Positions 10,412 to 18,234 of a stretch of DNA of 64,000 nt are shown here, piece by piece (the stretch's first letter is position 1; the number at the start of each line of letters is the position of its first letter). The translations under genes and the position numbers were made by a program. The notes under the pieces are model-generated. The model was not told the DNA's origin. It saw only the letters and a program-made list of their open reading frames with translations, and ran no database searches. The stretch covers positions 100,368-164,367 of the forward strand of contig SXSI01000047.1 of the NCBI GenBank assembly GCA_005792285.1, read 5' to 3'. Source of the DNA: Bacteroidota bacterium (GTDB lineage: Bacteria > Bacteroidota > Ignavibacteria > UBA10030 > UBA8401).

Positions 10412-12421
10412 TCAATACTGAATTAACTTTTGAATTGCTTCAGTAATATTTCTTTCTTGCGGAAGTGTAACATCTTCAAGAACTGGTGCGAATGGAACTG
10501 GTGAATCGATTGCTGCAACTCTTGTAATTGGAGCGTCAAGATATTGAAAACATTCTTCAGCAATTGTACTTACAATTTCTGCGCCGAATCCTGCAGTTCG
10601 TGAATCCTCGTGAGCAACAATTACTTTTCCAGTTTTCTTAACAGAATTCAAAACCGTCTCTTTATCCCACGGAATAATTGTTCGCAAATCAATTACCTCA
10701 CAACTAATTCCAATTTCTTCCATTTTACGAGCAGCTTCAAGAGAACGCTGAACCAAAAATCCGTAAGTAACAATTGTAATGTCTGTCCCAACTTTTTTAA
10801 TTTTTGCCAAACCAAATGGTAAACAATAATTTTCATCCGGTTCTGGCGATGCCGCAAATTGTTGGCGATATAAACCTTTATGCTCACAAAATAAAATTGG
10901 ATTTTCTTCACGCATTGCAGTCTTTAATAATCCTTTTGCATCTGCAGCATTAGATGGAAAGGCAATCCATATTCCGGGAATATGTGCAAAAATAGATTCG
11001 ATGCATTGGCTATGATATAACCCTCCGCGAATATATCCGCCAACTGCAACTCGAACTACCATTGCGCAACTAAAATCGCCATCAGATCTGTATCGCAAAC
11101 AAGCGACTTCATCTTTAAATTGCATAAATGCTGGCCAAATGTAATCGCCAAATTGAATTTCAACAACTGGCTTAAATCCTTTTATCGCTAAACCAACTGC
11201 AGTTCCAACAATACTTGCTTCTGCTATTGGTGAATTAAAAACTCTTTTTGTTCCGAAAGTTGTCGACAATCCTTTTGTAGCTGTAAAAACTCCACCTTTG
11301 CCATCGGCAATATCTTCACCATAAACAATTATTTTTTTATTTCGTTTCATCTCTTCATGTAGCGAATGATTTATTGCATCAACTAGAACAACTGACTTGC
11401 CAGAATGTTCCGGTTCTAAAAAATTTTCTTTTGGAATTATAATATTTGGAGAATAGATATTTCTCATTACGGTTGAAGGATCTGGTTGCGGCATCGATTC
11501 TGCAACATCAGCAACTTTATCTATATTAGTTTTAATTTCTTTATAAAGTTCATCAAGTTGAATTTCTGTTAAAATTTTATTTTCAATTAAAATATTTTTT
11601 AATTTAGTAACTGGATCCCGTTTTTTGTCTTCAACTAATTCTGATTCAATTCGATATTTTTTCTGATCGTCTGATGATGAATGTGGAAATAGACGAACAA
11701 CATCTGCTTCCAACATTGCTGGTCCATTTCCAGAACGAACCCATTCAACTGCTTCAACAGAAGCATTGTAAGATTCTTCTAAATTTGTACCATCATATTT
11801 TATACATTTTAAATTTGGATAAGTTGAATATAAATGTGAAACTGAACCACCAGCAACTTGATCTTTTAACGGAACTGAAATTGCATATTTATTATTTTGC
11901 ACCATAAAAATAACTGGAAATTTTGCGCGTGATGACCATGCAACTGCTTCTGTAAATTCTCCTTCACTTGTTGCCCCTTCTCCTGAAGAGACATAAACTA
12001 TTTCATCACTTTGTGCTATTTGAATTCCCATTGCAGTTCCGGCAGCTTGTAAAAATTGTGTTCCTGTTGGACTTGATTGCGCAACAATTCTTAAATTTTT
12101 ATTCCCATAATGGGAAGGCATTTGTCTTCCTTTTGAACTTGGACCAGCAGCACGATTCATATTCTCAGTTAATATTTCTTCAACCGTAACGCCAAATTGT
12201 AGAGAAAATGCGAGATCACGATAATAAGGATAAGCCCAATCAACTCTGGGTTTCATCGCCATTGCAATTGCAACTTGGCACGCTTCATGTCCCGGACCGC
12301 TGATGTGAAAAAGAATTTTACCTTGTTTCAGCAAAATCATTTCTTTCTCATCTATCAAACGAGATAACAACATTGTTCGATAAGCACTAACTAATTTTTC
12401 ATTCGATAATTTCGATTTCAT
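10412..12421 (-). CDS. Fused E1 alpha/beta 2-oxoacid (probably 2-oxoisovalerate) dehydrogenase
   Basis: GHEACQ, YPYYRD, QMPSH, GEGATSEGEF...QNN, HSSSDD, then beta part GEDI..GGVF, EIQFGDYIWP, GGLYHSQ. Confidence 0.9.
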   Translation of the reverse strand: MKSKLSNEKLVSAYRTMLLSRLIDEKEMILLKQGKILFHISGPGHEACQVAIAMAMKPRVDWAYPYYRDLAFSLQFGVTVEEILTENMNRAAGPSSKGRQMPSHYGNKNLRIVAQSSPTGTQFLQAAGTAMGIQIAQSDEIVYVSSGEGATSEGEFTEAVAWSSRAKFPVIFMVQNNKYAISVPLKDQVAGGSVSHLYSTYPNLKCIKYDGTNLEESYNASVEAVEWVRSGNGPAMLEADVVRLFPHSSSDDQKKYRIESELVEDKKRDPVTKLKNILIENKILTEIQLDELYKEIKTNIDKVADVAESMPQPDPSTVMRNIYSPNIIIPKENFLEPEHSGKSVVLVDAINHSLHEEMKRNKKIIVYGEDIADGKGGVFTATKGLSTTFGTKRVFNSPIAEASIVGTAVGLAIKGFKPVVEIQFGDYIWPAFMQFKDEVACLRYRSDGDFSCAMVVRVAVGGYIRGGLYHSQCIESIFAHIPGIWIAFPSNAADAKGLLKTAMREENPILFCEHKGLYRQQFAASPEPDENYCLPFGLAKIKKVGTDITIVTYGFLVQRSLEAARKMEEIGISCEVIDLRTIIPWDKETVLNSVKKTGKVIVAHEDSRTAGFGAEIVSTIAEECFQYLDAPITRVAAIDSPVPFAPVLEDVTLPQERNITEAIQKLIQY

Positions 12422-12424
12422 ATT

Positions 12425-13147
12425 CTAATTTTTTATTAATTCACTTTCAGTTTCTAAAATTGAAGAGCCCAATATTTTTATTAATTCTTTTTTTGAGATG
12501 GGAACAATTTCCATATTAAATACTTCTGTAAAATATTTTTTAAATAAATTTATTAATTCTAAATTCGGAATCTCGATTCCAAATTGTTTTAACGAAGTAA
12601 CACCTTTGTGAAAAATTCCGCATGGAATAATTCGATCGAAGAAAGTTAAATCGGGAAAATTATTAAATGCAAATCCATGCATTGTAATCCATCTGCTGAC
12701 TTTAACTCCAATCGCAGCAATTTTTTCGTTCTCAAACCAAACTCCGGTATAATCTGAATTTCTTGTTGATTTAATATTTAAAGATGAAAGTGTACGAATA
12801 ATTACTTCTTCTAAATTTCTTAAATATTTATGAATGTCTTCTGAATAATCTGAAAGATTTATAATCGGATAACAAACAATTTGTCCGGGACCATGATAAG
12901 TTATATCACCACCTCTATCAATTTCAAATGTTTCAATTCCCTTTTTATTAAGTTCATCTTCATTTGCAAGAAGATGATTTTGGTTTGAAGATTTACCGAA
13001 TGTATAAACATGTTCATGTTCTGTAAAAATTAAAATATCAGGATTTCTTTTTTGTTGACGAGCCAAATGTAATTGCTTTTGGATTTTCCACATTTCTTCA
13101 AAGCGAGAATTTCCATAATTAACTGCATATACAAATTTAGGTAACAT
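12425..13147 (-). CDS. lipB: Octanoyltransferase LipB
   Basis: EHEHVYTFG, DRGGDITYHGPGQ, KIAAIG, HGFAFN, IIPCG. Confidence 0.96.
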   Translation of the reverse strand: MLPKFVYAVNYGNSRFEEMWKIQKQLHLARQQKRNPDILIFTEHEHVYTFGKSSNQNHLLANEDELNKKGIETFEIDRGGDITYHGPGQIVCYPIINLSDYSEDIHKYLRNLEEVIIRTLSSLNIKSTRNSDYTGVWFENEKIAAIGVKVSRWITMHGFAFNNFPDLTFFDRIIPCGIFHKGVTSLKQFGIEIPNLELINLFKKYFTEVFNMEIVPISKKELIKILGSSILETESELIKN

Positions 13148-13153
13148 TATATT

Positions 13154-14545
13154 TTATGAATTCAATCCAATTCCGTAAGCATCCAAAGCGGCTTCAGCAA
13201 TTCCTTCGCTCAAAGTTGGATGTGCGTGAATTGATTGATGGAGTTGTTCGGCAGTTGCTTCGAGTGTTCGAGCAGTTACAATTTCTGCAATCATTTCAGT
13301 TGCTTCTGGACCGACAATATGTGCGCCAAGAATTTCTCCATATTTGGCGTCAATAATTAATTTTACAAATCCTTCAGGTTCATTCATCGCCAAAGCTTTT
13401 CCATGTGAACGGAATGAATATCTTCCAACTTTAATATCAGTCCCTTTTTCGCGAGCCTTTTCTTCGGTCAATCCAACACTTGCAACTTGCGGCTGACAAT
13501 ATGTACAACCAGGAATATTATTGTAATTAATTAAATGTGGATTTTTACCGGCTATTTTTTCAACGCAAACAATTCCTTCCATCGATGCAACGTGAGCTAA
13601 CCATGGCGCGCCAATTACATCACCAATTGCAAAAATGCTATCAATATTTGTTTTGTAAAATTCGTTTACTTTAATGTGCGACTTTTCTGTGATTACACCA
13701 ATTGTTTCCAAACCAAGATTTTCAATATTTCCCTGAACACCAACAGCAACAAGAACTACATTGGTTGTTAATTCTTTTGTTCCATCTTTTGTTTTTAATT
13801 TTACTTTCACTTCATTTCCAGTTTGAACTGATTCAACAGTTGTGTCGGTTAAAATTTCTATTCCCGATTTTTGAAAACTTCTTGTAAGAGTTTTTGAAAC
13901 TTCAACATCTTCTATCGGAAGTATTGTTGGTTTCATTTCTACTAATGTAACTTTTGTTCCGTATGAATTGTAGAAATATGCAAACTCTGCACCAATCGCT
14001 CCAGCTCCCACAATCAACATTCTTTCAGGAGGCGCGTTTAAAATCATTGCTTCAGAACTTGTGATAATTTTATCTCCGTCAACTTTTAAATTTGGAAGTT
14101 CACGCGATCTTGCACCAGTTGCAATTATAATATTTTTTGCAGTTATCTTATCAGTCTTTCCCGGCTGCGAAACTTCAACAATATTTTTATCAATAATTTT
14201 TGCAGTTCCAGTTATGTAATCAACTTTATTTTTCTTGAAGAGAAATTCAATTCCCTTTGATGATTTTGTTGAAATATCTCGGCTACGTTTTACAGCTTTA
14301 GTAAAATCAAATTGTAAATTATCAAAACTAAAACCGAAATCATTTGCATGCTTAAAAAGATTGTAAACTTCAGCATTTTTTAATAGTGCTTTAGTTGGGA
14401 TACAACCCCAATTCAAACAGATTCCGCCAAGTTTATCTTTTTCTACAACAATAGTTTTTAATCCTAATTGGCTCGCGCGAATTGCAGCGATGTAACCTCC
14501 CGGTCCTCCACCAATAATTAGTATGTCGTATTCTCTTTCATTCAT
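13154..14545 (-). CDS. lpdA: Dihydrolipoamide dehydrogenase E3
   Basis: GGGPGGY, GGICLNWGCIPTK, HAHPTLSE. Confidence 0.97.
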   Translation of the reverse strand: MNEREYDILIIGGGPGGYIAAIRASQLGLKTIVVEKDKLGGICLNWGCIPTKALLKNAEVYNLFKHANDFGFSFDNLQFDFTKAVKRSRDISTKSSKGIEFLFKKNKVDYITGTAKIIDKNIVEVSQPGKTDKITAKNIIIATGARSRELPNLKVDGDKIITSSEAMILNAPPERMLIVGAGAIGAEFAYFYNSYGTKVTLVEMKPTILPIEDVEVSKTLTRSFQKSGIEILTDTTVESVQTGNEVKVKLKTKDGTKELTTNVVLVAVGVQGNIENLGLETIGVITEKSHIKVNEFYKTNIDSIFAIGDVIGAPWLAHVASMEGIVCVEKIAGKNPHLINYNNIPGCTYCQPQVASVGLTEEKAREKGTDIKVGRYSFRSHGKALAMNEPEGFVKLIIDAKYGEILGAHIVGPEATEMIAEIVTARTLEATAEQLHQSIHAHPTLSEGIAEAALDAYGIGLNS

Positions 14546-14588
14546 ATATATTCCTAGTTAATAAATTCCAAAATTAATTTGAGGATTC

Positions 14589-14617
14589 AAAATATCGAAA
14601 CAAGATAGAAAAGTCAA
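14589..14617 (-). promoter_or_regulatory. Putative sigma70-type promoter of the lpdA-pdh operon
   Basis: TTGACT-N17-TATTTT(G) on the minus strand. Confidence 0.6.
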
Positions 14618-14707
14618 CGCGATAGAAGATAATTCTGAATTGGGAGATGTAAGAAGTATTTCATATATTTGTTGTAGAAATTTTTTAAAATACATTCATT
14701 TAAATTA

Positions 14708-15082
14708 ATGGCTAAATCAAAATTTCGAACTATCTATTGTGATAATTGCAGAGCTGAAAAGAAAATGCAAATTCTTAGCGCTGTTGAAGGTGCAGAAAAT
14801 AAAGTCTGGCATAAATGTTCACGCTGCAGACATAATTTTTTATTTGACACTTCAATATTTGAACAAAAAGAAAATGAGAGTAAAGAACTAAATAGAGAAA
14901 CCTGTGTTGATTATAATCCAACAAAAAGTTATAAAGTTGGATCATCGGTTTATCACGCAGATTGGGATGATATGGGTTTTATAACCGGAAAAGAAAAACT
15001 TTCAAGTGGTCTTCAGTCAATCGTTGTTGATTTTCAAAAAAATGGCAGCAAACGATTAATTGAAAATTTACAAGAAGATTAA
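14708..15082 (+). CDS. Hypothetical protein: N-terminal CxxC..CxxC zinc ribbon plus C-terminal Tudor/SH3-like domain
   Basis: CDNC and CSRC pairs. C-terminal YKVGSSVYH..W.DMG.I...IVVDF..G.KRL resembles the PcrA/UvrD C-terminal domain pattern. Confidence 0.7.
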   Translation: MAKSKFRTIYCDNCRAEKKMQILSAVEGAENKVWHKCSRCRHNFLFDTSIFEQKENESKELNRETCVDYNPTKSYKVGSSVYHADWDDMGFITGKEKLSSGLQSIVVDFQKNGSKRLIENLQED

Positions 15083-15107
15083 AAAAATATATTAAGGAGG
15101 TGTTAGC

Positions 15108-15308
15108 TTGGTTGGTATTATTATAACAGAAAACGAATCGATTGATAAAGCGATACGACGATTCAAAAAGAAATACGAAAGATCTGGGATACTAAAGGAA
15201 TTCAAAAAACGAACTTCTTTTGTAAAACCATCTGTTCAAAGACGAATGGATAAAATTAAGGCTATTCGCAGGGACCAGCGAACATTGCTCGAAGAAAAAT
15301 TGATATAA
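15108..15308 (+). CDS. rpsU: 30S ribosomal protein S21
   Basis: ENESIDKAIRRFKKK, FVKPS; TTG start with an AAGGAGGTG SD. Confidence 0.96.
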   Translation: MVGIIITENESIDKAIRRFKKKYERSGILKEFKKRTSFVKPSVQRRMDKIKAIRRDQRTLLEEKLI

Positions 15309-15330
15309 CATATCCTTTGCAGTAATTCTG

Positions 15331-15368
15331 AATCCGTTTTGAAGAAATTTAAAACGGATTTTTTATTT
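15331..15368 (+). terminator. Intrinsic terminator after rpsU
   Basis: AATCCGTTTT...AAAACGGATT 10-bp inverted repeat followed by a T-rich run. Confidence 0.8.
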
Positions 15369-15373
15369 TATAA

Positions 15374-16579
15374 CTAATTTGTATTGGCTTTCAATACTCG
15401 CATAAAATTCCCACCAAGTATTTTACTTACATCGTTTTTAGAATAACCCCTTAAAAATAATTCACGAGTTAAATTTGGTAGAAATGTTACATCATCCATT
15501 TCTTGCGGTAAAGCCTCAACTCCATCAAAATCAGATCCAATTCCAACATGATCAACTCCAACTAGTTTTGCAATGTAATCGAAGTGATCAACAAGTTTTG
15601 AAAGTGGTGGTCTTATTGGTTCAATGAATGGAGAAAGATATTTTTCAATTGCCAACGTAATATCATCCGGATGAAGTGGTAAAGTTTTTAGCGAATCAAT
15701 TGCTGCTTTATGAAATCGAGCAATCGAATCGGATTTTGGTCGAAATGTGCTATCAATAAATCCGGCATAAAAATTAATGAATACAACTCCATTATTTTTT
15801 GCAATATTTTTTAATTGATAATCCTTTAAATTTCTAAACGCAGGAGTGAGTTTATATACACAAGAATGAGACGCAATTACCGGCTTTGTAGTTAATGAAA
15901 GTACATCATCCACAGTTTTTTGGCCAACATGTGAGATGTCAATTATTATTCCAAGTTGATTCATTCGTTTTACAATTTCTTTTCCTTTTTCATTCAAGCC
16001 TTTAAATTGTAAAACTGTATCAATTCGAGATTCTTCGCGTGCAGAAGTTGCCCATGGAGTATTTAAATTCCAAGTTAACGTCATATATCTCATTCCCTTG
16101 TTGAACAAAGTATCGAGATAATTAATATTATCTAAAATAGGATAACCACCTTCAACTCCAATTAAAGCTGCAAGTTTTTTTTGATTTATTAATTTTTGTA
16201 CATCATTGAAATTTAAAGCAAGTCCAATTTTTTGTGGGTTTCTTTTTATTAATGAATTTAGAGAATCAATCATAGCAGTTGCTCTTTTATAAGAATGATC
16301 TTTACCATTTACATTTAAAAATGAAGGAGCAACCCAAACCGAAAAAAATTGTACATCGACTCCCCCTTCTTTAAATCTAATTAAATCTGAATGACCTTTT
16401 GTAGTTCTACCTGAAAGATCTTCACCTTCAACCGCTCGCATTAAAACATCATTATGTGTGTCCGCAACTATCGATTCGAAATGGAATTTTCGATAATCAG
16501 TTTGAGAAAAAAGATTTAAAGGTACTAAAATAAAAAAAAGCAAAAGTTGTAAGTTTTTGCTTTTCATTTTGGATAACAA
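15374..16579 (-). CDS. Membrane dipeptidase (peptidase M19), exported
   Basis: DTHND, GVEGG, DISH, ASHS, GIGSDFDG, KILGGNFMRV; signal peptide ends LFS|Q; true start possibly 16567. Confidence 0.92.
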   Translation of the reverse strand: MLSKMKSKNLQLLLFFILVPLNLFSQTDYRKFHFESIVADTHNDVLMRAVEGEDLSGRTTKGHSDLIRFKEGGVDVQFFSVWVAPSFLNVNGKDHSYKRATAMIDSLNSLIKRNPQKIGLALNFNDVQKLINQKKLAALIGVEGGYPILDNINYLDTLFNKGMRYMTLTWNLNTPWATSAREESRIDTVLQFKGLNEKGKEIVKRMNQLGIIIDISHVGQKTVDDVLSLTTKPVIASHSCVYKLTPAFRNLKDYQLKNIAKNNGVVFINFYAGFIDSTFRPKSDSIARFHKAAIDSLKTLPLHPDDITLAIEKYLSPFIEPIRPPLSKLVDHFDYIAKLVGVDHVGIGSDFDGVEALPQEMDDVTFLPNLTRELFLRGYSKNDVSKILGGNFMRVLKANTN

Positions 16580-16599
16580 TTTGTAACTATTTATATAAA

Positions 16600-16794
16600 T
16601 TACTTTAAAACAGCTGTATCAGTTTGGTTTTTCATTTCTTGAATTTCAATTCTAATTTCTTGGGCTTTTTTCTTTAATTCACCCATACATTTACGTACTC
16701 TGGTACCGGCTGCTTTATTTCCTTTTTCATAAAATTTAACAAAGTCTGGTTCGAATGACTGTACAAGTACTACTAATTCTGAAAATTTACTCAT
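16600..16794 (-). CDS. Histone H1-like (Hc1 family) small protein
   Basis: KFYEKGNKAAGTRVRK...LKK.AQEIR core typical of Bacteroidota Hc1-like proteins; AAGGAG SD. Confidence 0.85.
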   Translation of the reverse strand: MSKFSELVVLVQSFEPDFVKFYEKGNKAAGTRVRKCMGELKKKAQEIRIEIQEMKNQTDTAVLK

Positions 16795-16799
16795 TACTT

Positions 16800-17627
16800 T
16801 TAACTCCTTTTATTTATTGTGAATAATTGTGTCCAATTATAAAAAAATATTAATACAAGTAAAAGAAATAAAAATATTATTCCTTCAACCATAAAAATAG
16901 AATTCTTTGTAATAAAATAAGAATTGCCATCATAAATAATTGAAGTGCTGATAATTTGTGAAAAGGAAACAATTCCAACTCTGAGACTATATGATTCCCA
17001 AATAGTTCCAAATTTGGATACAATTAAAGTTGCTATAATCCCTGAAAAGAAATAATAACTTGCAAGTAAACTAATATTACTCCAAATAATATTAGTTTCT
17101 TTTAATATTTGTAGAATAAATTCATCGCTATAATAAAGTGTGAATAATAAATTAGGAATTATGAAAGCAGCAATATTTCCAGATTTAGTAAATTCACTTA
17201 GAATAATTCCTCTAAATATAATTTCTTCAATCAAAATTATCGTAATAGAAAATAACCAGATTGCTGGAAAATCAAAAATAATCCCAAAAACAAATAACGT
17301 AAAATCCTTTATTTCGCCAGTTTGTATTTCTCCAAAAATTATTCCAATTAACAATAAAAGAAAACTTGCAATAAGTGGGATAATGAGATAGACAATTACA
17401 TTTTTTAAATTGAAATTTTTAAGATTTGAGACTACAAACTCTTTTAATGAAGAAAGTCTACTACTATAGATAAGTAAAATAAAAATTAAAAATAAAATAA
17501 TCTTCCAACTGAATTGGAATTCCCAAAGAAATATATTTGTCGAAATATTCTGAAAAGCTAAAACTACTCCGAATAAAGCAATAAAAAATGTGATTAAAGT
17601 CAGTTTAAGAATTAAACTAATTTTCAT
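16800..17627 (-). CDS. CPBP/Abi family intramembrane protease-like protein
   Basis: Multi-TM protein with EEIIFRG; downstream His motifs not evident. Confidence 0.7.
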   Translation of the reverse strand: MKISLILKLTLITFFIALFGVVLAFQNISTNIFLWEFQFSWKIILFLIFILLIYSSRLSSLKEFVVSNLKNFNLKNVIVYLIIPLIASFLLLLIGIIFGEIQTGEIKDFTLFVFGIIFDFPAIWLFSITIILIEEIIFRGIILSEFTKSGNIAAFIIPNLLFTLYYSDEFILQILKETNIIWSNISLLASYYFFSGIIATLIVSKFGTIWESYSLRVGIVSFSQIISTSIIYDGNSYFITKNSIFMVEGIIFLFLLLVLIFFYNWTQLFTINKRS

Positions 17628-17633
17628 ACTTTT

Positions 17634-17711
17634 AATACGACTTAACTAGTCCTATTTGGAATATCATAATACATTCACTATTTTTATATACGACTAAATT
17701 AGTCGTGTATA
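17634..17711 (+). promoter_or_regulatory. feo promoter flanked by two GACT-N5-AGTC palindromic operators (IscR/Rrf2-like)
   Basis: Site 1 AATACGACTTAACTAGTCCTATT (17634-17656); -35 TTGGAA (17656-61), N17, -10 TATTTT (17679-84); site 2 TATATACGACTAAATTAGTCGTGTATA (17685-17711). Confidence 0.7.
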
Positions 17712-17721
17712 GATAATTCAT

Positions 17722-18222
17722 ATGAGCAATTATAAAACAAACGATTGTAAGATGAAAGATGCGCAAACTCTTTCACTTTCGCAAGTTCCTTCTGGAACGA
17801 GAGTTCGCATTGAGAGTTTAACTTCAGACCAAAATATTTGTAATCGCCTTCGCGAACTTGGTTTTTGTGAAGAAGCCGAAATCAGATGTTTAACTTCCGG
17901 TGAGAGTAATATTGTTTGTGAAGTTTGTAATACAAGAATTGTTTTAAATACTGAAGTCGCAGACAAAATACTAGTTACTCCAATTAAGCAGGAATTAATT
18001 CCACTTCTTGAACTTCCACTTTTTACAAAAGCAAAAGTAAATAAATTATTAAAAATAGATCCTTCCTTGAAAGCTCGATTAATGGAAATGGGAATTACAA
18101 AAGGAACGGAAGTTGAAATAATTCGATTTGCACCATTGGGAGATCCAATTGAAATAACTTTACGAGGTTATCGTTTATCGCTTAGAAAATCAGAAGCTGA
18201 AGCAATTTTAGTTTCATTGTAA
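17722..18222 (+). CDS. feoA: Tandem two-domain FeoA
   Basis: Two FeoA repeats: RLRELGF and RLMEMGI...RFAPLGDPIEI...LSLRKSEA. Confidence 0.92.
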   Translation: MSNYKTNDCKMKDAQTLSLSQVPSGTRVRIESLTSDQNICNRLRELGFCEEAEIRCLTSGESNIVCEVCNTRIVLNTEVADKILVTPIKQELIPLLELPLFTKAKVNKLLKIDPSLKARLMEMGITKGTEVEIIRFAPLGDPIEITLRGYRLSLRKSEAEAILVSL

Positions 18223-18234
18223 GAAAATATTTAA

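Noticed and set aside
17634-17711. CRISPR repeat, terminator or Fur box at the feo palindromes
   Set aside because: Only two imperfect copies, no cas genes, no U-tract, and no GATAATGATAATCATTATC-like pattern. An operator flanking promoter boxes fits better.
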